A DNA stretch of 64,000 nt from Neocallimastix sp. 'constans' (lineage: Eukaryota), in the NCBI GenBank assembly GCA_050613775.1, contig JBODTK010000113.1, forward strand, positions 62,001 to 126,000. Direction: 5' to 3'. Each line of letters starts with the position of its first letter. Position 1 is the stretch's first letter. A program made the translations under genes and the position numbers. The notes beneath the pieces were generated by a model, which was given only the letters and a program-made list of their open reading frames with translations, did no database searches and was not told the origin of the DNA. Shown here one piece after another: positions 28,781-40,149 of this stretch.

Positions 28781-29910
28781 ATTATTAAAATTTAAAATAA
28801 ATTAGTATAAATAATAAATATTTCATTTTATTATTTTATTAGTTTTTAACAATTATTTTATTAATTTAAACAAAATTAATTATTAAATAAATAAAGATTA
28901 ATATTAAAATAAAAATAAATTTTTTTAATAAAACATTTTTGTGTTTAATAATAAAACATATTTATTTTTTTTTTTAAATTCCTTAAATCAATTTTTATTC
29001 AGTATTTATCCTTTTATTCACTTCTGCAAAATTTAATTTTTGTAGATTAAGAATATTAGGTATAAATCATATTGATACAGATTGGAATTCTTAAGCATAA
29101 AATTATTAGAAAGCTTGAATAATATCTAACCTATTCAACAACAAATTAATAAATTAAAATTTGAAATTAAAATCATAATAAAAAAATTTATTTTAATTAA
29201 ATTCTAAAACTCGAAATTATACTTTAATTCTATTTTAATTTTTAAAATAATGAAATATTAATGTTAATTAATTTCTCTTTTTAATTAAAAGTAAATAGTT
29301 TGTAAACAATTTTCTCTTTTTTTTTATTATTTTGAATTCTTTGTTTATAATAATTCTTGTATTAATTGTTTATTTGTTTATTTTATTGTTTATTTTTATA
29401 AATATAATTATTCTTAATTATTTTATTATTAAAAATTGTAAATACTTTAAATTATTGTAAAAATATAAATACTTGTAAATATTTTATAAAATTAATTTCT
29501 CGTTGTTATTAGAAATGTAATAAAAAAAATAATAACCAAATATTATAATAATAAATAATAATAAAAATTAATAAATAATAATAAAAAAAATTAATAAATA
29601 TAATAATAAAAATTAATAAATATAATAATAAAAATTAATTCTAAACACAAAAGAAATGTATAATTTTGAAAAATTAATAACAATTCAGTGTTAAGCTAGA
29701 ATAATAATAACTTAATTATTAATAATAATAACATAAATTCATTTATATTAAATTTATATTAATTCAAACTTGATACATCTATTATCACTTTTGAAGTAAT
29801 AACTTCAAATTAAGATAATAGAATCGTTTGTCAATTGGTGGAGAGTGAGTGATATAACTCCTATACGAGTAAGTTATATCTATTTTAATTATTCAAGTAG
29901 ATTTAAGTAG

Positions 29911-29960
<50 letters not shown>

Positions 29961-30475
29961 ATTAGGACGAGTGTTAGAATACTCGGTTATACGTTGTTTT
30001 TGAGTGTATTCAATAAGCTCATTTGCAACTCGTTTAGACGAATCTATTTGGTTAGAGACTGCGTAAAGGATTACTATAAAAGACGTAATCTAATCCCATA
30101 TCTCTTCAACAGAGTGAGGTTGCAGTAAACGAGTTAACAACGGTTAATGCGCTTAGATCACCGAAGGTCTAAGATTAAATATATAGTTTTAAAATTTTCT
30201 TTTAAGGGTTTACTTGTTCCCTTTTTGTTATATTAACACCGCCGGTTTTTTTTATGGTTGTGAGGCAAAGGTGTTAATTAAAATAAAATTGTATACAAAT
30301 ACTACTATCTACAGTCGAAAGAATAATTAAAAAAAAAAAAAAAAAAAAAAAAATTTTTCTTTTTGCAAGAATAAATAAAAAAGAAATAAGTAAAATAATT
30401 CATAAATTCATAAATTAAGATAAGCGAAAATATAAATTGTAAGGTTTCTTTTTAAAATTTATAAATAAAATAATA

Positions 30476-31450
30476 ATGATAATGGAAAATTCAACCAAGG
30501 CAATAACCTTTAATAGGTTACCTATATTAGGGAAGGATAAGGTTTCCTTTGAGGAATGGCATTTTTCGTATGAACGCTGGTGTAAAGCTAATAAAATAGA
30601 AGAAGAAGAAGATAAAATTGAATACTTAATCTCCTTAACTACAGATATAGCGAGAACCATTGTATTCAATTCATTAAACAAAGAAGCACCAGATAGTTAC
30701 AAAACTATAATAAATAAATTAAGAGGACATTTCAGAGTCTCTACCTCTAAAAATGCCAGATTATTGGAATTATCTACAGTCACTATTAAAAAAGGGGAAA
30801 GAATTTCTGAATTTGATGTAAGATTCAATACCCTGTGTAATCAAGTGAATTTAGAAATTAGTGACCAAGTTATCACTTCATATTATATTAATGCTTTTAA
30901 GAATTGGGGTAAAATTTATGAAGCCTTATTAGAAGAGGAACCAACCTCACTTCAGGATGCAATGAAAATAACATCCAAGAAAGGAAAAATTATTGCTTTA
31001 ATGGAAGAAAATAAAAATAAATATAAAAAATTACACGGAGTTAACAAGAAAGAAATAAAAGATTTCAATGAATCTAAAAATTATAATAATAATTATAACA
31101 ATTATAATTATAGAAATGATTATTTTTCAACTTCAAATTCCAGATCGAATAATAAGCAATATAACAACAATAATAATAATTATAATCGTTACGATAATAA
31201 AAATAAACATAATGATAACTATAATAACAATATAAGAAATAATAGGTATAAAATGCAATCAAGAGAAGAAATAAACAAAGGAATTGAACATAGAATGAAC
31301 ACTTTAAGGTACCCTCAATCAACAATAGAAGATTTAGATGACATTACAAAAAAATTAGAACAATTAAAAATAAATTTTTGTGTACAATGTAAACGAATTG
31401 GTCACAAAATGAATGATTGCCCTGAAAACGACGAAAGCCATTTAAATTAA
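30476..31450 (+). CDS. gag: Gag with C-terminal CCHC knuckle
   Basis: CVQCKRIGHKMNDC; first ORF after the PBS/leader. Confidence 0.9.
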   Translation: MIMENSTKAITFNRLPILGKDKVSFEEWHFSYERWCKANKIEEEEDKIEYLISLTTDIARTIVFNSLNKEAPDSYKTIINKLRGHFRVSTSKNARLLELSTVTIKKGERISEFDVRFNTLCNQVNLEISDQVITSYYINAFKNWGKIYEALLEEEPTSLQDAMKITSKKGKIIALMEENKNKYKKLHGVNKKEIKDFNESKNYNNNYNNYNYRNDYFSTSNSRSNNKQYNNNNNNYNRYDNKNKHNDNYNNNIRNNRYKMQSREEINKGIEHRMNTLRYPQSTIEDLDDITKKLEQLKINFCVQCKRIGHKMNDCPENDESHLN

Positions 31451-31490
31451 TAATCGGGAGTACGCAATCTCCCAGGACAATTAAAATTGC
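31441..31490 (+). promoter_or_regulatory. -1 programmed ribosomal frameshift signal (slippery U UUA AAU + H-type pseudoknot)
   Basis: Heptamer 31441-31447 in the gag frame, 8-nt spacer, stem 1 GGGAG/CTCCC, stem 2 GCAAT/ATTGC. Confidence 0.8.
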
Positions 31491-34400
31491 AAATGAAAAT
31501 GAAAATGAAAATGAAAATGAAAATAATTTCGAAAGAAGTGAAAATGACAAAGAAAATTTCACTAAAGAAGAAAGTAATATTGAAAGAAATTCTTCAAACT
31601 TTATCGGTACAGTACAAAAGAGAAAAACTTCGACAAGAAAATTAAATAACAAATCTATAGTAAAGCCTTCATTATTAAGTGAACCCAAAACAAAATTAGT
31701 AAAACAACAAAAGAAAGTAATTAAAGATGCTAGAAGAAGAAAGCTTAGCAATTCTGAAGAAAATGAACCAAATACTAGTGATGATATAGTGATGGAAGTT
31801 AATGAAGAAGAAAATAGCAATGAAAATGAGATTAATGGAGCCTCATATATTGAAAGTAATAATGAAAAAGAATCAGAAAAACCAAAAACTATTAAGAAAA
31901 GAAAAATGACCAATATCCAAATGTTAAATGAAAATGAAAAGTTTAGTATAACTGAAGAAGCTAATAACCTTTTTCCAAAAATTAGTTTATCTCAATTATT
32001 ATCTGCAAGTCCGTCCATTAGAAAAGAACTTGAACAAGGTTGTAAACCAAGAGTTGAGAAAATTCTTTGTTCCTTAACTAATACAAGTCTTCCTATTATT
32101 TGTGGTGAAATAGATAATAAGACATTTAAAATCTTATACGATACCGGTACAAACGTTAATGTTATAACAAATAATTGTCTAGGCAAACTAAAACATAAAG
32201 TAATTAAACAATGTGAAAATTTAGAAGATATTACCATTGTGGATGGTACTAAAGTAACTACAAATAGTTACATTGAATTAAAAATAAACGTAAATAATAG
32301 ATTAACTATTACAGAAAAATTCTATGTAATTAATTATACGAATCCATATTTTGAAATTATATTTGGTAGAGGAATTCAGAAAAAGTATCGTTTGTATATA
32401 GATCCAGATGATGATGCTGTCTACCAGAAAATTAAGAAAGGAATTAAACAAGTAACTTATATAATTAATAGTAAATCAGAAATACCTCTTGTTAATTCCA
32501 TTATTATAGAAAAAGATGAACAACAAGAGTTCATCGATACATTAAATAAAATTATTGAATCTGTCCCGGAAAAATTTAAGACAGAATTTAAAAATTTAAT
32601 TGAGAAGTATAAAAACTGTATGGCAACTTCAATGTCACAATTAAGTACAGCTAATTTAGAACCACATTCAATTGTGACAATTAGTAATAAACCTATAAAA
32701 TTAAAACCATACAAATTATCAAAAGAGCATGCAGATATTCTTAAATCGGAAATAATTAAACTATTAGAAAAAGGACTTATAGTTCCTTCACATTCTCCAT
32801 GGTCTTTTCCTGTTCTATTAGTTCAAAAGAAAAATGGGAAATGGAGAATGTGTATTGATTATCGCAAATTAAATGAAATTACTATAAAAGATTCTTACGC
32901 ACTACCATTTATAGATGAACTAATTTATTCAGTAAATGGTGCGACGGTATTCTCCGCATTAGACTTATATTCTGGATATCATCAAATTCCAATGAATCCA
33001 GAAGATATAGAGAAAACAGCATTTACCACAAAATTCGGCAATTACAATTTTAAAGTAATGCCATTTGGCCTTACCAATGCTCCCGCTACCTTCCAACGGG
33101 AGATGAATAGAATATTACTTCCTTTAATCGGTAAATGTTTATTTGTTTACTTAGATGATATTGTAATTTATTCAAGAACTCTTGATGAACATCTTAAACA
33201 TTTAAAGTTAGCTTTTGAAATATTTTCTAAATACAATCTTTCTCTTAACTTACAAAAATGTAAATTCTTTCAAGAAAGTGTTGAAGTATTAGGTCATGTT
33301 CTAACATCAAAAGGATTAAAAACAATTCCATCAAAAGTACAAAGTATTGCTTTGTGGGACAATCCTAAAGATGTAAGTGAACTTCGTTCTTTTTTAGGTT
33401 TAGCTAGTTATTATAGAAAATTTATTCAAAATTTCTCAATTATTGCTGACCCTCTTTTTAAGTTATTAAAAAAGAATTCAAAATATATATGGTCAAATGA
33501 ATGCGAAGAAGCTTTCGAAAATATTAAAGAATGTTTACTTAATGATCCAATATTAAGTTACCCAGATTTTAAAAAGGAATTCATCATTCGTACTGATGCT
33601 TCTCTTAAAGGTATTGGTGGTGTTCTTTTACAGAAGGAAGAGGATAGTCTTGAACATCCTATCTGTTGCGTAAGTAGAACACTCTCTACATCTGAAAAGA
33701 ATTACTCCGTAACGGACTTAGAAGGATTAGCTGTTATATTTAGTTTAAAATATTTTAGTCAATATATATTAAGCAATAAAAATTTAACAAAATTTATTAC
33801 GGATCATAAACCATTACTTGGGTTTTTCAAAAAAAGCATTCCTACTTCTAATCGTCATGCAAGATGGATAGAAGAATTTAACAAATATAAGATTGAACTT
33901 ATTTACGAGAAAGGAAAGAAAAATGTATTCACTGATGCGTTATCAAGATTACCTTCTAAAAATTCAAAAGGAATTATTCAATGCGCTAATGCAATATTAG
34001 CCGACTTTAATCCAAGGGATTTGGATCTACCAGAAGGTATAATAAAATACTTCACTAAGAATTATCAAGTTGTTGATAATACTCTATATTATAAAAAAGA
34101 TGATCTTTATTTAAAAGTCATCTATAAAGATGAAGACAAAAAGGATATTATTAATCGTGCCCATTTAGTAGGACATGAAGGAGCAGAGAAAACTACTAAT
34201 AGAATTATGCAATCTTACTATTGGCCTGGCATTTGGAATGATGTAAGAATGTGGATAAAAAGTTGTCACAAATGTCAAACATGCAGGCCTAAACCATTTC
34301 CAAAAAGTTCTGGAGATAATGCTACCCCTGTTGAACAACCATTTACTAGAGTAGGACTCGATATAATAGGACCGTTACCAACTACTAAAAATGGTAACAA

Positions 34401-35211
34401 TTATATAATAACCTTAGTCGATTATTTTACCAAGTGGGTTGAAGCTAAAGCAATCCCGAACATGAAATCCGAAGAAGTAATAAAATTTCTTGTTGAAATA
34501 TTTACAAGACATGGACCACCTGAAATAATAATTACCGACAATGGTAGTTCCTTTATCTCTGAAGTAACAAAGATGATGATTGACCTTTATGGTTCATGGG
34601 TTCATTACGTTTCCCCGCATCATCCTGAATCGAATGGAATGATTGAGAATCGAAACAGAGAAATAGGGAAGTTATTAAGATTATTAGTAGAAAATGAGTC
34701 TGAATGGGATGAATATCTTCCATCGGCTTTATGGGCCTTAAGAACTACTAAAAATTCAAAAACAAAATTTAGTAGTTTCGAATTACTTTATGGCAGACAC
34801 GACACTTGGCCATTAGAAGTCATGTTCCCCGATATTTATAAAGATCCAAATGAATCAGAAGAAGAATATATATTTCGACGTTTCTTAAGACATCAAAATT
34901 GGGTAAAACAGGCTACTGAATATTCAGAATATGCAAATAAATATTGGGAACACCGTATTGGATTTCAAAATGCACTAAAGAAGAAATATAAACCAGGAGA
35001 TTACGTAATGATAAGACTTATAGGAAGAAGTAAATTAAATCCTTACTTTTACGGACCTTTTAAAGTTGTTAATAAACAAAAATTCAATACCTTAGTATTA
35101 GAAGATCCAACTACTGGAAAACTCTTAAATAGAAATGTTCATATTAAAAATGTTTTTCCATATGTACTTCAAGAAAATTCTTTGACTTCAAGGGACGAAG
35201 TCATCTCTTAA
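31441..35211 (+). CDS. pol: Pol (protease, RT, RNase H, integrase) in the -1 frame relative to gag
   Basis: The frame is open from the gag overlap. Motifs: ILYDTGT (PR), WRMCIDYRKLN / MPFGLTNAPATFQ / YLDD (RT), RTDAS...TDHKPL (RH), H-H-C-C and GLDIIGP...TDNG...ENRNR (IN), GPF C-terminal module. Confidence 0.93.
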   Translation, partial: FKLIIGSTQSPRTIKIANENENENENENNFERSENDKENFTKEESNIERNSSNFIGTVQKRKTSTRKLNNKSIVKPSLLSEPKTKLVKQQKKVIKDARRRKLSNSEENEPNTSDDIVMEVNEEENSNENEINGASYIESNNEKESEKPKTIKKRKMTNIQMLNENEKFSITEEANNLFPKISLSQLLSASPSIRKELEQGCKPRVEKILCSLTNTSLPIICGEIDNKTFKILYDTGTNVNVITNNCLGKLKHKVIKQCENLEDITIVDGTKVTTNSYIELKINVNNRLTITEKFYVINYTNPYFEIIFGRGIQKKYRLYIDPDDDAVYQKIKKGIKQVTYIINSKSEIPLVNSIIIEKDEQQEFIDTLNKIIESVPEKFKTEFKNLIEKYKNCMATSMSQLSTANLEPHSIVTISNKPIKLKPYKLSKEHADILKSEIIKLLEKGLIVPSHSPWSFPVLLVQKKNGKWRMCIDYRKLNEITIKDSYALPFIDELIYSVNGATVFSALDLYSGYHQIPMNPEDIEKTAFTTKFGNYNFKVMPFGLTNAPATFQREMNRILLPLIGKCLFVYLDDIVIYSRTLDEHLKHLKLAFEIFSKYNLSLNLQKCKFFQESVEVLGHVLTSKGLKTIPSKVQSIALWDNPKDVSELRSFLGLASYYRKFIQNFSIIADPLFKLLKKNSKYIWSNECEEAFENIKECLLNDPILSYPDFKKEFIIRTDASLKGIGGVLLQKEEDSLEHPICCVSRTLSTSEKNYSVTDLEGLAVIFSLKYFSQYILSNKNLTKFITDHKPLLGFFKKSIPTSNRHARWIEEFNKYKIELIYEKGKKNVFTDALSRLPSKNSKGIIQCANAILADFNPRDLDLPEGIIKYFTKNYQVVDNTLYYKKDDLYLKVIYKDEDKKDIINRAHLVGHEGAEKTTNRIMQSYYWPGIWNDVRMWIKSCHKCQTCRPKPFPKSSGDNATPVEQPFTRVGLDIIGPLPTTKNGNNYIITLVDYFTKWVEAKAIPNMKSEEVIKFLVEIFTRHGPPEIIITDNGSSFISEVTKMMIDLYGSWVHYVSPHHPESNGMIENRNREIGKLLRLLVENESEWDEYLPSALWALRTTKNSKTKFSSFELLYGRHDTWPLEVMFPDIYKDPNESEEEYIFRRFLRHQNWVKQATEYSEYANKYWEHRIGFQNALKKKYKPGDYVMIRLIGRSKLNPYFYGPFKVVNKQKFNTLVLEDPTTGKLLNRNVHIKNVFPYVLQENSLTSRDEVIS

Positions 35212-35989
35212 GGGCCGACGAATTGATACAGATTGGAATTCTTAAGCATAAAATTATTAGAAAGCTTGAATAATATCTAACCTATTCAACAACAAATTAA
35301 TAAATTAAAATTTGAAATTAAAATCATAATAAAAAAATTTATTTTAATTAAATTCTAAAACTCGAAATTATACTTTAATTCTATTTTAATTTTTAAAATA
35401 ATGAAATATTAATGTTAATTAATTTCTCTTTTTAATTAAAAGTAAATAGTTTGTAAACAATTTTCTCTTTTTTTTTATTATTTTGAATTCTTTGTTTATA
35501 ATAATTCTTGTATTAATTGTTTATTTGTTTATTTTATTGTTTATTTTTATAAATATAATTATTCTTAATTATTTTATTATTAAAAATTGTAAATACTTTA
35601 AATTATTGTAAAAATATAAATACTTGTAAATATTTTATAAAATTAATTTCTCGTTGTTATTAGAAATGTAATAAAAAAAATAATAACCAAATATTATAAT
35701 AATAAATAATAATAAAAATTAATAAATAATAATAAAAAAAATTAATAAATATAATAATAAAAATTAATAAATATAATAATAAAAATTAATTCTAAACACA
35801 AAAGAAATGTATAATTTTGAAAAATTAATAACAATTCAGTGTTAAGCTAGAATAATAATAACTTAATTATTAATAATAATAACATAAATTCATTTATATT
35901 AAATTTATATTAATTCAAACTTGATACATCTATTATCACTTTTGAAGTAATAACTTCAAATTAAGATAATAGAATCGTTTGTCAATATT

Positions 35990-36454
35990 TGATACGTGAC
36001 CACTATAAATATGATATTTAGGTAGATTCTTTAGGTTAAAGAAATACTTAAATATTATTGGTCAATAATAATTTTATAATAATATATATAATTTTAGAAT
36101 AATAATTATTAAACGGAGAATTCTTTTATTTATAAGTTTATACTTATGATAAATTAATTCATATAAATAGCTATTTTATATTTTATTTTAGTATAGTTAA
36201 AAAGAGATATTATATATATTTGAGATAATTAATTATAATATTTATATAAGAGAGTAATAATAATAATTTATGTAATAATTAATAATTAATAATAAATAAA
36301 GAGAACATTAAAAAGATATATTTATTACTTTATTTTATATTATTGTATGTGTTATTTCTAATTAATATTAGAATATATTATTTTGTCATAATTCCTTATT
36401 GTCATTGCCCATAAATAAATATTAATTTAGATACATAAATAAAATACCGTATCA
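35990..36454 (+). mobile_element. Solo-LTR-like sequence (copy A of a local family)
   Basis: TGATACG...CGTATCA terminal inverted repeats; internal blocks (ATTTAGGTAGA..TTAGGTT, ATTAGAATAT..TGTCATAATTCC) shared with 39082-39854 and 52052-52496. No TSD seen. Confidence 0.6.
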
Positions 36455-39081
36455 TCTATGGTAAAGAATGAATTAATAACCTTTATTTTATTATTAATAA
36501 TTCTTTACTTGTCAAGGATTTGATACAAATTAATTTATATTTAATACCACAAAAATAACAATTTAATTATAAATATAATTTGTACTCCTTAAATCCTTGT
36601 ACCGTTCATAACCAAATTAATATTGTATTACATATTAATTAATATTATCCCTTTTATACATTATTGAACCCCTAATATATTAATTGATTAATATTGTATT
36701 ACATATTAATTAACATTATCCCTTTTTATATTAATTAATATAGTTGAATATTATTTATAAAAATTGTTTTTTATTAATTATATTATTTTATATATTTTTA
36801 TTATCTTATATTATATATGTATTATTCTATTACTTTATATATTAAAATTATATTTTATATTGTTATCTTTAAATTAGTATTTATTAAAATATATTATTAA
36901 ATATTTTATATTGTTTTTCAAAATATAAAAGAACTAAAAAATATTCTTTTTTAAATCTTTGTAAGATTATTATTTACAAATAATCTGATAACTTTATAAT
37001 AAAACATATTAAATAAAAATATAGTTAATTAAAAGTTTAATAATAAAATAATATTTTATATTTGAATAAATCAATTTATAAAAATAAAATAATATCAAAA
37101 GGTTATTAGATTAAAGGCTTCCAACCAAGTTTACCCTTTAATCTAAGTACCAACTTAACATTACTAAATTGTACTTTCCTATATTCTTCATAACCTAAAC
37201 CTCATTGTAAATTTAATTTATTTTGATATAAATTAATTTTAATTTGTAAATAATGTAAATAAATTTTAATTAATCACTTTATTGTTATATTATTAAATAT
37301 ATGTATATATTAAAATACAATTGTAAATATTAAAATTATACTTTTAAGATACTAAATTATTAAAAATATTAATTAAATATTATTATAAAAATTATTATAA
37401 AATTATTAAAATTATTAATTAAATATTATTCTAAAAATTATTATAAATTATTAATATTATAAAATTATTAAAATTATTAAATATTATTATAAAAATTTAT
37501 TTATTATAACTATTAAATATTATTATAAAATTATTAAGATTATTAATTAAATTTATTATTAAAAATTATTATTAAAAATTATTACTTATTATAAAAATTA
37601 TTATTTAAATATTATCAAATTTATTAATTAAATATTATAAAAATTTTATTTTATTTTGAAAATAATTACAAGTATTATTTAAAATAATTAAAGATTATTA
37701 AATTTATTATATTAATCTTTAAAAACAATTTATTTAACTTAAAAATATCAAAGAAAATAGTAAAAACTATTTTCTATATATTTATTTTATAATTATTTTT
37801 AATTAAATTATATTTGAATATTATATTATTATATTTATAAAAATTAAAACAAAAATGAATTATTGATATAAAATTAATTCAATAATTCTATAAAATTACT
37901 TAAATTATAAACAATTAATTATACTTTAAATTTATAAAAAAATATAAATATTGTAACAATTTCTTAAAAATTAAATGTGTGTACTTTAAATAAAAAAATT
38001 TTATATTAATAAAAAAAAATAAATAAATAACTTTTAAAAAAAGAATTATTATTTTTTTTTTTAAAATCAAAGCAGGGTAATACCCGTCCCCCCCTGCTTG
38101 ATTTTAAATATCTAAGTGTCAACCCCGAGTCTACCATCTACGATTCGTTACATATACTAATAATTCAATAAATAAATATTTTCATAAATCCTGTTAAGAT
38201 TATGATATAATTTATAGTTTAAATTTAAATAAAATAATATGGTTTATTAAAAAATATTCACTAAGTCGATATGTCTATATAGTAATATACTATATAGATA
38301 TATAATAAAAATAATAAATATTTAAATGTTTAGTTTAATAAAAATTTATTTATAATAAACTTTGATAATTAGAATTATCAAATTAATTTAATTTTAAATT
38401 TGTTTATTTTATTTAATAATAAAATATCTATAATATATTACTATTAAGGTAATTTTACAATAACCTTACAAAGAACATAAAAGATAGATTTTTACATCTT
38501 TCTTTTATACTTTGTAAGTTACATAATAATAATATTTAATTATAAGATAATAATAATATAAATAATAATAAAATATAAGGATAAATTTAATTATATAATT
38601 AATTTGAATAATTGAATTTAATATAGATATGTTGTAAACATATATAAAAACATAATATAAATAAAATACACGTGACGTCAAATGTATCATTGAAATTAAT
38701 TATTAATATAAACCTTATTTATTAATATTCTCAGAATTATTAGGCCTAAGATAACCCTTTAAATATTAAACAAGAATTTATATTAATTATTAATTATTTA
38801 AATATATATATTATTTATAATTAAATAAATAATATTTTTAATTATTGAAATGTAAATAACTGAAATTGAGATTTCAATTCAGTTATAATTTCAACAAATC
38901 CTTCAAAGAAATTATTATTTAAAATATTCTTAGATATTAAGTGTTTAAATAACTTAACTATTTATCTTATATTATTTTTATTATTATTAATTAATTATTG
39001 TTGGATTATTAATATATAATTCAACATATTAACCTAGTAACGTTATTAATCATAAAACTATTTTATATCTTAATTTTAACA

Positions 39082-39694
39082 TTAGAAATATTGTATAAAT
39101 ATTATTGGTTATAATAATTAAAATAATTTATATATAGTTAATTCAAATAATTATTTTTAAAAGCATGGTTAATTCTTTTATCATAATTAAAATAGATAAA
39201 TTATATTATTAATGATTCTATTATTATGATAATAAATTAATTCATCATTATTATTAATAAGTTTTATTTTATATTTTAAATTTTATTTTGAGAAATTATA
39301 TAGTTTTAGGAATTATATTATAAATATTGATAATTATATTTTATTTAGGAAATATATTTTAAATATTAATAGTTAAATATATTTAATAATGAAATTGTAT
39401 TTTTAAATAAAGTTATTAGGAAATTAATAGTTAAAGAGATATGTTTAATAAAAATATAATATTAAATAATTATTTTAACAATTATATAAAATTAAGAGAA
39501 TGTAATAATAAATATTTATGTATATAAAAATAAAATTATAAAAATAAATAAAGAATAAAATATTATTATAAAACATTATTATTATAAATTATTTTCTTAT
39601 ATTTATTAGAATATATTATCGTGTCATAATTCCCTAGAGAAACGACCAAATAAATAAATAACTAGATATGGAATATTTTAAATGTTCTGTATCA
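39082..39694 (+). mobile_element. LTR-like repeat copy B (5' boundary uncertain), ends ...CTGTATCA
   Basis: Highly similar to 39745-39854 joined to 52052-52496; contains the uninterrupted site TTTTATC-ATAAT-TAAAATAG. Confidence 0.6.
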
Positions 39695-40149
39695 AGTAAA
39701 AATTGGTGCTGCTATAAAAATAAGATTTAGGTAGAAAGTTTAGGTTAGAAATAATGTATAAATACTTTTGGTTATAATAATTAAAATAATTTATATATAT
39801 AGTTATTCAAATAATTATCTTTTTTAAATGTTTGGTTAATTCTTTTATCATAATTATTAAACACCAAAAAACAAATATTGAGAAAATTAGATATATTTTT
39901 AGAATAGCATTTTATATATAATACTTAATATTTAATTTTATTTATCTTTATTTTTTATGATTACAAAAGTGTATATATTTTTAACAAGGTTACATTTTAT
40001 TTCTTTTATAATTTTATTTAAATATAATAATATTCTGATTGGGTAAAATATATTAAAGTCATTATTAAGTATTTATTTTTTTTTTTATATTCTAACATTC
40101 CTCCTAAAATATGACTTTCCTAAAATGTCATATTTTTATTTATATTATT

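Larger units (their letters stand above)
29073..35984 (+). mobile_element. Intact Ty3/Gypsy LTR retrotransposon (no chromodomain); LTRs 29073-29833 and 35224-35984 (761 bp); 4-bp TSD ATAT
   Basis: TG...CA LTRs with no differences seen by eye; PBS TGGTGGAGA at 29836; gag and pol (PR-RT-RH-IN order) are open. Confidence 0.96.

Noticed and set aside
27943..29073. tRNA-targeted integration of the Gypsy element
   Set aside because: The insertion is ~1.1 kb upstream of tRNA-Thr, far beyond Ty3-style precision; one case is not evidence.
30040..30190. Group I intron core in the Gypsy leader (AGAGACTG resembles the R element)
   Set aside because: No convincing S element, P7/P3 pseudoknot or splice-site context; kept only as a generic structured RNA.
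38203..38689. Possible solo LTR TGATATA...TGTATCA with CACGTGACGTCA motifs
   Set aside because: No TSD and no clear second copy in the window.
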